Shown piece by piece: positions 26,601-41,600 of a stretch of 64,000 bases of DNA. The stretch spans positions 21,390,001 through 21,454,000 of the forward strand of contig NC_043016.1 of assembly GCF_006345805.1 (NCBI RefSeq), read 5' to 3'. The notes under the pieces were generated by a model. That model did no database searches. It was not told the DNA's origin and saw nothing but the letters and a program-made list of their open reading frames with translations. Position 1 is the first letter of the stretch. Each line of letters opens with the position of its first letter. The translations under genes were made by a program, and so were the position numbers. The stretch comes from Octopus sinensis. Taxonomy: Eukaryota.

Positions 26601-29600
26601 CTCAACTTTAACATAACCTTTCACAATCTTGTATCGAGTAATTTGTAGAAACAAATGTAGACTGTGATTATCAGAACCCTATACAAGTAATATCTATCAA
26701 TTTCATCTGCCAAATGCCACAAAAGTTTGATACTAAGCAAGGTTCAATATATAAGAAGAGAAAGCTCCAAAATATAATGGTAATTTTAAGAACAAAAGTT
26801 AGATACAAAATAAAAGTAGATATTTTTCATTTTGTTACCTAACACATTTAATGTTTATTGACAAAATTTAAATTAGTGTTGTAAAATGCTAACTTTGGCT
26901 TAACTACATATTTACAAATATTGTACACTGATAATCAATACTATCAATTTCTATCATAGGTTTTGAATTCCATTGTTACTATATTTCTATATCCCACTAA
27001 AGTAGGATCTTTTCTGTTTTGCTTATTGTTTTCAATTCTTTTAATTTTGTTTCAATTGTTTTCAAATTTGATGTAGTTTTGTATGCTAATTATGAAAGTG
27101 AAATTAATTTTTGCTATAAATTAATAAACAAGTTAATAGCTTTAAAGTTTGCAAATTTTAGCTAATTTTAGCTAATCAAAAGCCACAGATGTTCAAATAA
27201 TTGTTACTACTACTGAGATCAACACTGTGGTTGGCTTCACCCAGGCTTGCACCTGTATCCATAGTAACAAGCCATACTTACCACTGCACAGCTGTTGATA
27301 ACAACAGCTGGCGTTTGTGAATTATGTGGAGAGGACTTGCTCTGCAATCTAGTTCAGATTGGTGGTCCTGGAAAGATTTTGAGAAAGATGAAAGTCTTCT
27401 GAACATGTAAATACAACATAGGAAGGATGCTTATTACATGAGCAGTGGGTTTTCGGAGGAGTGTGTCATGAGACCAGACATGTTTCCTTATGCGGTGCCA
27501 TGTCGGAATTGTGATACACTGGAGGAATGCATATGTTGGTTCTTCCAGGAACCACCATTTACAGTGACTTGTAGAGAGCCTATTCTCACATTCCTGAAAT
27601 TGATGAATATAATTTTCAACATAGAACAGTGAACCACTGTGTTGAGTTTATCAACTCAAAAGATAAACTCAACACTTTTGAGTTTATCAAACTCAACACA
27701 TGGACCTGTGTAAAATGGAGTAAACAATGCTGTGTGTTTATGTGACACAGGAGATATGAAAAATAATTTGTTTGAGAAGCTCATTGAGTGTATCTCAAAT
27801 TTTTGTTTTTGAAGTTTCACTTTAAAAAATATATTACTTACATAAAATTAATTGCGGTTTTTGTTTTTAATTCAATGTTCAGGTTTTTTTTAAATAATTT
27901 TTATTTTTCCTTTTTGTAAAGAAAACTGCAATTTAGATCTGATATGCAAAGAAGACTTATTTTCCAAAACGATATATTTTAATCATCTATTAATTTATCC
28001 TGATAAAGCCTTTTTATCCATATATAAATATTTCTTTTCTAGCTGGTTTTGGAAATGCTAGGGGCAACACAAGTCTGTTTAATCAAAACCGTGCACCACT
28101 GACCAGTACAGGACTGTTTGGTCAACAAACCAAACCACTGTTTGCAAATCCAACTGATAGCTTGAATACAGGTTTTAGCTTTAATCTGAATCAGAATACT
28201 GGCAGTTCTTTGTTTGGCCAAAACCAGCAACAAAACAAGAGTTTGTTTAGTAATACATCTCAGCAGTCAAATCTGTTTAGTACAACTACAAATACACCTA
28301 CATTTGGAACTGGAACAACTGGTTTTGCAACAAACCAAACAGTAAGTTACTTGACTATATTTAATTTGTTCTTAATTTAATTTAATTTTTTTTTTAACAA
28401 ACTGAATTAATGAAGTTGGGGTGACATAAACTGATCTATAAATTTTCTTTAATTAGCAAGCATTTTTAGCTTTATAATCTATGATTTACATTGGTATTTA
28501 CCTAAATATTTGATTATTTTGATTAAAACTGTTGTTTTCACCCTAAAAATTTCTGTGTGAAATCTTAAATTTTTCAGGAAAATTTAGTGAATTTGGTAAA
28601 TCAAATAATGAGTAACAACATAGGTGTAAAAACTTGTGATAAAGACTCTAATTTATACAATTTATGTATTTATGATTTCTATACACTAATCAATACTTTC
28701 AGAGTATAATATACTTGCATTTATTTTAAAAGATGGAGACTTTTTACACTCACAGCTTTTGTGCAGTTAGTTTTACTGTTCACTTGCCTGACATAAAATT
28801 GAATGCTTCATATTCAGAGAAGTATGACAGACAAAAACTTTCTATATTTTCCACAACTGGATGTCCTCCTTGTCACCAACCCTCACCTATTTCCTAGAAT
28901 ACTACTTACATGATGGTGACATTTTGAAATCCTCATTTCTTTTATTACATGCTTAAGGAAAGATAGTTACTTTTCAATATAAGATTTTATTCAACTTAAA
29001 ATATAAACCATGGAAATATTGATATAAATTTTAGGGATAAGAAAAGAAGATATTTGTACAATTTCAAGGGGGCTTGTCATTGTTGATTTCTTTGTCAATT
29101 TTTCATTTTGGGGGTAATTATTGGCCATTTTAGTGATGTATTCGTCTCAAGATGTTTTAAAAAAAATTTTCTTCAGTCTTGTTCTATTGTTGCAATACTT
29201 TCAGAGTGGAGGCCTATTCGGAAACAAGCAAATACCATTCAGTACACCAAGTACCAATACTGGCTTCCAGTTACAGAATACTGGCACTAACCCTTTCAAT
29301 AAACCAGCTACAATAACTCCTTTTCCATTTGGGACAAATAGCACCACTGGTGTATTTGGTGAATAACTTTTCTGTTATTTAACTTGAATGTATACTTTTA
29401 AACGTATTTAAGCATATTTTGCAAATAAGCTCATTTTCTTTGCATGTACATCGTTTTTGAAATAATTTGAAGTTGACTGGTTCTACTTGTATCATCTAAA
29501 ATAACATTGCTATTTGTTTCATAATAATGCAACACTAGACTGTTCATAAGTTTACATTTTTAGTTAACAAGCTTCTTAATATAAATGCAAACTTTTTACC

Positions 29601-32600
29601 TAAACCACTTTAATGATGATTTTCAAAATTACTTCTTTTCACCTAATAGAATGTTATTTTAAAGCATTTACTTCTTTGGATATTAATGGCCCTTACTCTA
29701 CATGAGTATGGTCCATTACTCTACATGATATTTGAGTGCTGTGAATTTTTGAAGACACCCCCTCCCCATTTTTTTGTCTTCTATTTTCTGAAATGTTTCA
29801 CAATGATGGACAGAAACTGGATACCACTTTCATGTTGTCAAGCAGGGAGTGTGAATTCTAAGTAATTTTGAAAGTATTTTTGAAAGAATCTGCTTGAATA
29901 TAGTTAAAAACCCAAGCATTTGTAGGAATAGTGTGTGTATGTGTGTAAATTTGATTTATAATTTTTTTTTTTTTTCAAATTTACCTTGTTTTTATTTAAG
30001 TAATTTTAATTTCCCTGTAAGATGTGTGACAAATTTTAATTAATTTTGATTGTATGTAATTATGTGTTTTTGGTATTTATGTATGCATGTGAGCTTATTT
30101 CATTTAGTTGGTGTATATTTCAATTCTTAGTTTTCTTCGAAGACAAATTTCAGTATTTTGTTCTGTTTTACCTTAGTTGTACACCTATTGCATTCTATTT
30201 TACCTTTATGGTACCACTGTCTTATGTGCATTAAGTTCAAGTGAAAGCAATCCAGTAATTTGCATAATTTTTCTCTATTAAAATTTTGTTGTATACTCAT
30301 TGAATATTAGCTATTAACTCATTTTCTATGCTGATGTGTAAATGAAGTTTAGATAATATATTTTGTTGAATTTATCTGTAATTAGATTTGCTTTGAGATA
30401 AAAATTATGAAACAGATGTGATCAAGAAATTATGTTCCAAAATATGTTGATATATAAAAAAAAGTTGTTCACGATTATTTTAGAATTTAATTGAAATGCA
30501 TCAGGTGTATTTTGGCTAGAAATATAGTAACAAAAGGGTTAAATCTATTAATACTTGCTGGATTATGATATCTTTAGTCTTATTATTTCTTAAAGTCCTA
30601 TAGTGCTTTCTCTATATAAATCTCTCGCTCTGTTAGAAACTAGAGATTTTGATGAAATACATTTAGTCATTGTCATCTTCATCATTATTTCATGTTCACT
30701 TTCCCATGCTTGCATGGGTTAGATGGCGTTTATTGAGGCACATTTTCTACAGTTGGATGCCCTTCCTGATGCCAATCCTCACCGGTTTCCAAGCAATGTA
30801 TTCTCCTTGGCCAAACATGTTCTTGCAGAATATTGGAGATGACTGACACTGCTTGTATAACAGTGGTACTCATTTACAGTTATTAGGTGATGTGAAGAGA
30901 TGGAGACACATATACATGGTGGACTTATTTCACTTTTTGTTTTAGCCTAGAGCCAAAGCAAAAGGCTTAAGGTACCATGCAGTAGGATTGAATCCAAGCC
31001 CATGTGGTTGGAACACAAACTACTCATCGCAGAGCTATGCCTGTATCTAATATAAAAATGACAAAAATATAATTAATGCATGAATTTGAATGAAATTTGC
31101 TGATACTATATGAAGGTTGGCTTAAAAGTTAATAGGCTGACCAGAATACTCTCAGGAAATGTGACCAAATGAGCATTTTTCAACATAGTCTCCCTGGTGT
31201 TGCAGTGCTTGTTTTCCATTGATGAATCTTTTATCCTGTTGGTCAAAAAAGTCTTCAAGAGCAGATATGATGTCATCATTGCTGCAATACTGGTTCCCAC
31301 CCAAGTATTTTTTTGATGTTGGGGGAAAAGATGATAGTCAGATGGAGCCAAATTAGAATAGGGAGGGTGATCAACTATGCAAAGCCACAGTCACATATAG
31401 CAGACATTGAAACCAAGGACTTGTGTGCTGGAATATTGTCCTGATGAAGCAAAATCCCTTTTGTCAGTTTTCCTTGGTGTTTGGTCTTGATAGTCTTTAT
31501 AACTGCCCCAGCAAGTTGGCAAAGTACTCTCCATTAATGGTATGTGTCCCCCTTTTCGAGATAGTCATTAAACACAATTCCTTTTGCAACCCCAAAAATC
31601 TGAGATCATCACCTTCTTTGGAGCAGGTGAGGTGGAGTGTTTCCATTGCATTGATTGTTTCTTTGTCTCTGGCTCAGAGTAATGAATCCAGCACTCATCT
31701 ATGTCAGTATGCATGTCGTTGGGGGCTAAACCGTTTTTCTGCATGTACTTGATACAGTGCTAAATTTTGTCTGTTTTCAAGAGAAACTACCATTAGTTAC
31801 TTTTAAAGTCTTTTTTGAACGGTCAGATGTTAGTTTACTGGGAATGAAACAATACAGTTATTAATGTTTAGCACACTGATTTGTCCCTAGAAATGTTTCC
31901 TTAATCTGCATTATTTTTGAGGGAGAAAAAGACGTGAGCATCTACTGTTTTAAAATTGTTATAACTTGCATTGTATCACATGTACAGACCCGGTTTGTTT
32001 GCATACTAATAAAGGAATGGATGAGTAATATTTTGATGTAACGCATTATGTTCTACATACATTTTTTGAAACTGCAAAAAAACCTCCAAAACAAACAAAA
32101 AACAAATGTGTTGACATATTTTAATCATACCTTGAATATTGTCTGTGGAGTTTTAGATGCAGTCTACCTTGTAGTACCTCTGGAAGCAGGGGTATGGGCA
32201 GAGTGCCCTATCACATTTTCTGCACATGAACTGAGTCTGGTAGTGCTTCTTGTCTATGTTCAAACAAATAGCACAACTTGGACAAGAAAGCCTGCCAGAA
32301 TTCAGGTGTTTTGGATTAATGATAAGGTGGTCTTCTGTTAACACCAGCCTTTCTGAGGGAGGGACTTCTGTCCTCTTACCTTTTGTGTGAGACACACCTA
32401 ACTGGTAGAGAATGTACAATTTTTAGCCTGAACTTTGTTCCACCGCTTGTGCAGCACCATGTAACATGTTATCTGCTTGTCTATTCTGTGTTGTGACCCT
32501 CCCTGAATGTGCTGAGAGTAGGGCTACACAGCACAAGGTTTGTACACAATCCTGGTATGATCTTCATGACACTTTGAACAAACTTCTTTTCTGAAGGTCT

Positions 32601-35600
32601 CAGCAGACTAGGCAGTCATCAGCAGATTCACAGGCCTTTTGACACAGCAGGGAATGTACAAAATGTGTCCATTTCTATGTGTGATGGAGAGATAGTCTGC
32701 TTAGGGTCTTACTACTTTGATTTCACTGAGTACAACCTGGCAGTTTACACACAGTGTGCCACATGCCCCTGTTCCATGTTGGGCCAGATCCTGAAATAAT
32801 GCAAGGAACGAAAATTCTCCATGTAAATGACTTGGTCCTTATTTTGCACATTCTCTGACAGGGAGGCAACCACTTCATGTGTAACTCTAGCTACCCTTGA
32901 TGCTCATACTGTTTCTTGGCTGAAGTACAGCTGCCAGTTGTAGACATACCCAGTTTTTACGTCAGCCTGGCTCCACTCGGTTGGTTTTGCTGGAATGTAG
33001 ATTAGTAAGCCTGTTCTTCCTTTAAAAAGAATCATACTTTTATCCACTGAAAGATCCTTTCCAAGATAAAAATATTTCTGCCAAAGTGGCACAAGCTTTT
33101 CAAACACTGGCTGCATCTTATGTGCTCCATCATGTTCAGGGTGATTCTTTGGTTTTGCTTTGGAGTTGTCTGAAAGATGGGAAGAGGACAGGATTTACTA
33201 TAAACATAGCCTCCATTTTCATCATCACCTCCATTCACTTCACCATTGATATCTAAGTGAATCCCTCAAAATCATCATCTGAGTTTGAATCAAAGATGAT
33301 TTCTTCCAGAAAAGCTTCATTGGATGCAGGAGTGGCCACTTTCGTCCAGATAAACAGACAACAACAAAGCCTACAATTTATTCATAAGATTGTCTACCTC
33401 ATGGCGAGTGAATAACAATGCAAATGGTGTCAGAAAACAGAAGTTTATCTTCATTCTGAATCAAAAGTAGGCCGTTTCCAGTTTAGAATACCTGAAAGAA
33501 ACTTTGTGAAGTATTTATTTTAAGCACTCCTCTCAAGGTGACACAATGCACCTGGAGAAAACTCATATGGAAAAATAAGGAGTTGAAATTGATGTAAGCA
33601 AGAATACACATCTAGCATCAGTTCTTCATAGCCTATGAACTTTTCAGCCCACCCTCATATAATGATCATTAGTGTATATTGTGAATATGGTTTTTACCTG
33701 TTGTTATGCCACTTTCACCTGCCCATGTAGGTTGAATACTGGTTGAAAACTAGTACATGATTTCAATTTCTGGGCATTGATTTCTTGTTTCAGAGTTGAA
33801 TTTTTGTATGAGTTAGTCTCTGTAATTTGAAGCTGTGCAACTTGCATTGGAAAAAATATTCTGAGATATGCCTTTGTCCTCTCCATTTTGAGATTTTGTA
33901 AAGCCCAACAAAATAGTGTTATTTACTCTTATTACAATAATTATGCTCTCATAAACTCACCATTATGCAGAGATTCTATGTTTAAACCAACCATATCTGG
34001 CCCAAATATTTTATGTTTTATGTTCTAACTGACCATATTTGGCCTCTTAACATCTATTCTACGCAGTCATTCTTAAAATGAGAGCAGTCACATTATCAAA
34101 ATCTTGAATCTGCAAGATAATGTATGATTCATTCACAACAGTGTGCATAAATAAGCATTATATTTAACAGAGTGATCTGAATGCTGAAGGATTAAAAATA
34201 TCCATCAGTTTGTACTTTTAATCTTTACCTGTCCTTAACAAATACATCAATGTCATGCCAACTATGTGATAACTCCATTCTTGCTCAGAATTAATAAATC
34301 CTCAAACCACTTAAATAACTGATGATATAGAGCAAAACTGAGTGGTAGAAGCGTTGTGTCCCACCCACATGTAACAACAAACGTTTCACACACCCTACTC
34401 CAAGAGACCAAACTACATCTTATTTCTCTTCCTTACATTTCCTCTTCATAAACTACAATTGTCTCCCTCTCCCCCTCACTGCCCTGCTCATTATATTGCT
34501 CCCCCCCCACCCCATTTTTATGCCCAGGTTTTTGCTAGTCACTGCAATCCCCACTTCTTACACCTTCTTAGCAATATCTGACTGCTTGTATTATGACCTG
34601 TGTACCTCTCTCTTCTTTACTCTACCATCACATTTATGCTCTGATCCATGTATCTCCTCTACAGCAGCGTACCTGTTTCTTATTTCTTTACTGCTTTTAA
34701 GGGGCTACACACAGAGGGGACAAACAAAGACAGACAAATGGATTAAGTCGATTATATCGACTCCAGTGCATAACTGGTACTTATTTGATCGATCCCAAAA
34801 GGATGAAAGGCAGAGTTGACCTTGGCGGAATTTGAACTCAGAATGTAGCGGCAGACAAAATAGCGCTAAGCATTTTGCCCAGTGTGCAAACATTTCTTCC
34901 AGCTCGTCGCCTTAAACGTACCTGTTTCTGCCCTCATTCTTGATCACTCTCCTTCTCTCATTTTCCCTCTGACTAGGTAACCAAGTACCTCCTTTACATC
35001 AGTACACCTGTTTCTGTCCTCTTTCTCATACCTCCCCCCCCCCCTTTCTTCTCTCTCTCTCTCTCAATATAAATAAATAACCATGTTCCTCCTCTATAGC
35101 AAGACACCTGTTTCTGCCTTTTAATTTCTTTGTTATGCTCTAACTTTTCATTACCTGATACCGGATCACCTCTTCCAATGCTCCCTCTGTTCTGTCTCCC
35201 TGTTACACTCTAATCTTTCCATCATCTGACACAAGTTCCCCTCCTTAAATGCCCCTACCTCTCTCAAAATTCCTTGTCTTGTGAGTTATTTGGTGACCCT
35301 GCCAGTGCTGGTCTCATGTAAAAAGCACCCAGCCCACACTGTAAAGTGGTTGGCACTTGGAAGGGCATCCAGCTGTAAAAATCATGCCAAAAGTAACCTT
35401 GCCTTTGCTAGTGCCATGTAAAAGGCACAGAGTCCACTCTGCTGAGTGTTAGGAAGGGCATTCAGCTGTAAAAGCCCTGCTAAACTGCCAAAACAAACAC
35501 AGTAGCCTGTGGTAGTCTTCTACCTGGCCAGTGACTGTCAATCATCCTACCCATGACTGCATGGAAGATAGATATTAAACAATGATAATGATGATGATTT

Positions 35601-38600
35601 CAGTGTCATCTTTATACAACAAAGTCCAAATTCTTTTCTGTAATTAAATCATAAATAAATAATATCATTAAATTCTAACTCACCACTAGAAGGTAGTAAT
35701 TGCCATTATGCTTCAAAATCAAAAGAAAAAAATATGCTGGAGACATTTGTTTGATAAAACAGAAAAAATAGACAAACATGTTGCAAATAGGAAGTCTTTT
35801 GACTGGAAGGTCTTTCTAACAAAAAGGCAAATCTTTGTTTCTTGTGCAGAAAAGTACTTAAGCTCCAACCAACAACATTTGAGCTGTGTTTTCATGCAGT
35901 TTAGGATTTGGAGGTGGTTTAAAAGTTAAATTTATAGTTAAATTTAATTCTGTATTCAGAACTCTATTTTATTAAACATTTTAAATGACAAATAGAAGCA
36001 CTGCTTTGCAAATTTATCAGTGACAACATTTCTGGAGAGTGTGTTACTAAGATGTATGAGAACATGTGGAACAGGAACAGAACCACCCTAGATACATTGA
36101 TTAAGGTGTATTGAGCCATAGTTCTCAAATTTCTGCTATATGACTGTGAAACATGGATGGTCTGCCAACATCATGTAAGGGAATTGAGCCATTTCCACTC
36201 ATCTTGCTTCAGAAAACCTGGTATAAAGTGGTAAGGAAAAATCCTACTGATGAACTCATGTCTGTTTGTCTGTCCAGCATCTACACCATCCCAATACAAT
36301 CATAGGTAGGTCATGTAGTTTGCATGTCAGACCACCAACTTCTGAAGAAACAATTATATGCAAATACTTCCAAGGAGGCCAGAAAAGGAAGTTAAAAAGC
36401 TTCTCTAAAGGCCTTCAGCATAACTGTGTCACATGGGGGCAGATAGTAAAGGACAGGGGCAAGTGATGATCAGCTGTCCACAAGGGAATTCATACATGTG
36501 AAACCAATAAAATTGCTACAGCTAAGCGATGCAGATAGGCCAGGAAAACCAGTGCCATCCAGTTCTTAGCTACTATTACCATACCCTATCCATCCGGCTG
36601 GAGAAAGTTCCAAGTGCAGCTTGGACCGATCAGCCACTAACACTCTCATGAAGCCTAACCCCCTACTTCAGGATGACTAGACAGTCGTTGTTGCCCCGAT
36701 AGATGAACAAGAAGGATTTTGAAAAATCAGTGGAAATGTAATAATATTGGCAGTTAGTGGAGATGTAATGATATTGAGGATCAATGGAGAGGTATGATAT
36801 TGAAGAGCAATGTAAATGTAATGCAACTGAGGATCAGTGGTGTATTGATATTGAGGATTAGTGGAGATAGCCTGATAATGAGGACTAGTGAAGAAGTAAC
36901 AATATAAATTTACCTTTTATCATTGGAAGCAATAAACCATAATATTGTTACAGTTAGTTTTTCACTACCAAATTATTTAATAGCATATATGAATTTTTTT
37001 TATTTTCTCATGCTATCAATACAAGGTAATACTAATTTTGGATTTGGAGGCTCAGGATTTGGTAGGTATTTTGAATACTTTATTGTATTCTCAGTTTTGT
37101 GAATAAGTAATTTTTTTATTGTTTTCAGTTATTAGAAGTTAGATGTGGTATAATTTTATGTGTATATTTTATTAAATAAGCACTTCTATTTATACATATT
37201 TGCACTTAGGAATTTTAAGATTCCTAATAGTTTACTGAATTATAGAAAAACATTTTATGAGAGCTGTTTACATTGACCACTACCAACAATTGTTTGTGCA
37301 TATTCGGGAAGAAAATAATGTTCTTAAAAATAATATTCTGAATTTTCACACTCATGTTGAAACCCGATTTGTTATGTAATCTTGAATTTATGTGTTTGGC
37401 TTCAGGAACTGATGTGGAATAATTGTTTTGCATCTAGAAATAAAATCCTTTTCATCAATCCAAAACAATACAGTTTTTGGTAGTGGTGGTTCACTTGTTA
37501 TTCACTTTGTATTTATGTCATTTGTAATGATAAAAGTCAGAAACTCAGAAAGCACCTTAAAATGAGTTTTTGTTTCTTCAAATGCTTACATTGTATTTAT
37601 TTGTGATGGTCAGATTATTGTAAAAATTGATATTGTAGAAATGATTTAGTTTTCTTGAATTGTAAATAGTAATTTGTGCTAGAAATGTAATGTGTAGAGT
37701 TGTTAATTACAATGATAATTTAAAAACAGATAGCTTTAAGAGATTATTGAAGGAAAGATCATGCATTAGGATTGCAGAAACATCTAGCCCAGAGTTGCAA
37801 CATTGACTCATCACAGTCCATGCTGTTGTGTGAGAATTTTGTCAGCTATATAGCTAGGGGCCCTTGGCAGCTTTGGTGTCACAGTGGAAAGGGCTGAAAC
37901 TGCTGCAGAATTGCTTCACTGCCTGATGAGATATTGATTCCTGCATTCAGCGACTGAGTGCATCAGCAACCCTCAGCACTCAAGTATTTATTTGAATGGG
38001 CAAAGATTACAACAGGGGAAAAAATCCTTGACCTTTTTGAAGCTTTCCCATAATAAAATTTATGGTTGGGCTAAATTACTCACTTCAGTAAATGAATGTT
38101 ACAGAATTTAAATAAACAACAGGGGAAGGGATTTAAAGTTTTTCTTGCACTCACATGACAGGTTTCTACACTGTTTTTTGCCTCCCACATTCACTTAAAC
38201 TGCATTAGTTTTGAGCTATAGTATGAAAACATTTTGTCAAAGTACTGCGTAGTGAGAGTGAATTTAAAATGTGTGGTTGTGAAACAAACTCTTGAACCAT
38301 ACAGCCACATGTCATTGTGTACATTCATGCATGTACATGTGCATATTGTCATCATCATTTTAGTGTTTACTTTTCTGTGCTTCATCATCATCATCATTTA
38401 ATGCCCATTGTCCATGCTGGTATAAGTTGGATAGTTTGACCAGGGCTGGTAAGCTGAAAGGCTGCACCTAACTCCAGTCTGATTTGGCATGGTTTTCTAT
38501 GGCTGGATGCCCTTTCTAACACCTACCATTCTGAGAGTATAGTGGGTGCTTTTACATGCCACTGGACGGGTGCCATTTGCACAACACCAGTATCTTCCAT

Positions 38601-41600
38601 GACTGCAATTTTACTTGGCTTGATGGGTTCTTCTTAAGAACAACAATGCCAAAAATCATTTGTCATTGTTTCCATGAGGCCCAACATGCAAAGGGAGCTT
38701 TTCGCGTGCCACTGGTATCAGCCACTTTGCCTTTGTGAGACCCAAAACTTGAAAGGTACTGATACCCCGCCCCTCTTTTTTTTTATTATTCAATCCATGG
38801 AAGAAAGCATAGAGTACTATGGGTTGTAGAGAGGTAAGGAAAAATCTGTTTGTGGTCATTGGCTTGTTCAGTCCATATGATGCTGATGTGAACATCTTCC
38901 ATTTTTTTCAGGATTAATTAGCCATACAGTTGGTATCAATTAAATCAGTTATGTAATCCTCTGTCAGAATTTCCTGTTTATTTAAATTTAGTATTATCGG
39001 AAAGGTACTGTGTTTTATGGCATAAAAAATACAAGGGTGTATTAGACACTGCAATTTCAGCTGAGCATATTCAAGAAGACAAAGTTTTTAGTGCGTTACA
39101 GTGTGAATTTTTGAGCCTTTATTTTTTTTTTACAGAAAAGTATGTTTTATGTGTCATCAAATACAGTAAGTGAAATGGCCAAATGTAATAGCATTGTACA
39201 ATTGGATGTCTGGACCAATATACAGTTCTATTTCACTTAATGTATACTATGAAAACCAATACATAAGTTTTGGGGGGTTTTTTTAAACTTATATTACAAA
39301 AATTATATTACTGATATTTTATGGTTTATATTGTAATTAGCTTTTGTATTTAAAATTTACGAAATGTAGTGCATTTATTTGATTAAAAAATTTTTTTTAT
39401 TTGTAAGTGATTACTGCAGTATATATTTATGCATCACAAATTTATTAAAAAATTACAAACATTTTTCTATTTGGAATCAGTTCATGTAATTAAATTTTTC
39501 TTTTTAACATTTAGGTACATCTGCAGGAGCAAGTATCTTTAATAACAAACCATTTGGTACAAATAATGCATTAAACCAAAGTACTAATTTCAATTTTCCA
39601 AATACTGGCGCCATTCCACTTGGAAATCAACCTAAGCCTTTTGGACTTACCCTTGGTGCTAGTTCAACTGGTAAATATTGCTTTCACTTTCTTAAGTTTA
39701 TAACAAAATATTGTTTTTGCTTAAGTATAGAATAATTCCTCCATGTCTGATTGTTTGAAGTTCAAATAGTTAACACCAACCTGACTTGCCCTCCCACCCA
39801 GGATTTGGATGTCATGGACAGGTTTGAAGTAATGATTTTGGTGTAGGTTTTAGAAAAATTTAAGCTAATTCGTACTTAATCCAAGTAGAAGAGGGTCATT
39901 GGTGCTTAACTCCAAGTCAACTGTGATTGAATAGACTAATATATAACTCTATATATGAGTATGCCACTTTTATGTATATCAGGAACCATATTGTTTAATG
40001 CAGCCTTTATTTAAGAAGGAAGGGCAGGATTTGAGACAGATTTGGGTTCTATATCTAGCAGGTCGAGCGACTGTATAGGGGTTCCCTTGAATGTAGATTT
40101 ATAGCTACATGTAGATTGTATATGTAGATTTATATTTAGCAGCATAACTTGGTTATGAAGTCAGTTGTAATTAGGATTGTTTTGATTGCTCTTTGTGAAG
40201 GATATATGATGCAATTTTAGGGAAAAAATAAACATTATACAGTAATGCAGGTTATATAATAAGGGGTGCATTAAATGATCGGGTAGTCAATTTATACAAT
40301 AAATAGTATTGACTGTATAGAGAAAAGAGAAGGAAAGCAATGATCATTGAAAGAGGTGTAGAATAGATAGTTTCTGTTGTAGAAGTCTCAAAAGTGTAGA
40401 GTTCATTGTGGCAATAAAAATGCACAGGAAGTAAGTGAATTAAAAGGCTGATTTTTAGTGAAGTCTAGTTCATTTGTAAGATCACTTCTCCAAGGGAAAA
40501 CCCAATTTGGTAAGTAGTTAGTTAATTCGTTCCTTAATAATGTCAAATATTAGTGTTTTGCCAACTCTTGGAAGATGCTGGATGATATGAAAGCTAGTTT
40601 GTTTCATGGGGACGAATGGAATGAAAAGTGACCCTTTTTGCATGGTGTCGGTTATAATATACAGGAAGTTAGTTTAACTTGGTAACTTGGATTTCAGATG
40701 GAACAGTCAGTATAAGTAGGAGTGTGAGTATTTTAAATTTTTTTCTGTGTTTTTTTAAAATTCTTTTATGCATTTTTTAATTCAATTTCAGGACTAGGTT
40801 CTACCTTTAATAATACAGGATCAGGATTTAATCCTGGAGGTAATACATCTACTCTAGGAAGGTAATTGAATATTTTATTTTAATTTCAAATTATGGCAGT
40901 AACAAGGATATTAGTTAATGGTAATTGTTTTGCTTCAAGTTATTGATATATTTTGTAGGAAGATGGGAGTTTCGTGTTGACTTGGGTTGCATGTTGATTT
41001 TTATTGTCACATCATTTATGAGGCCCAGCATTTTAAAATTAAACCTAGCCTTTTCTTCTTGTTCTTTCTGATATCATTTCTTTCTTAAATCACTTATTCA
41101 CTACCTTATCATTTAATCTTACCAATATACAGGATTACACTTAATACATGTATAGTTGCTAGGAGTGATGAGCTAACTTAATTTGTATATTTGTCTGCTA
41201 ACAACTTGTAAATGTGCTAAAAACAGTCTTTTCATTTTGTCTGTGTTACAAAGGAATTTCTTGACCTAACTCTTTGCCTGTCTTGTATATCACGTGATAT
41301 ACAGGGCATATTTCCTTTGTGTCCATGCATTGTATATGATACACTTTCCCAACTTTTTTTCAGTCACTAGGGTAACTTAGGACTTATGAAAAGAAAGATT
41401 TATATTGCTCAGAATGTATGAAACAAGAGCTAAAAATCTGTAAACAAGCATGGACATTTTGGATAAACTTATGAAAATGATTTGGACTGGGAAAGGATTG
41501 ATACAGACTTTGTTCTATTCACCACATAATACTGAACTTTCTGAAAACCTGGATCTATAAACTATATAAACCATGTTGGTTCATTATCATTTTTTAAATG

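Noticed and set aside
34840-34913. tRNA gene
   Set aside because: A and B boxes belong to a SINE head followed by the SINE core; no cloverleaf.
35906-35914. 9-nt GFG microexon (ttag|GATTTGGAG|gtggtt)
   Set aside because: Too short with a weak donor; not distinguishable from chance without RNA data.
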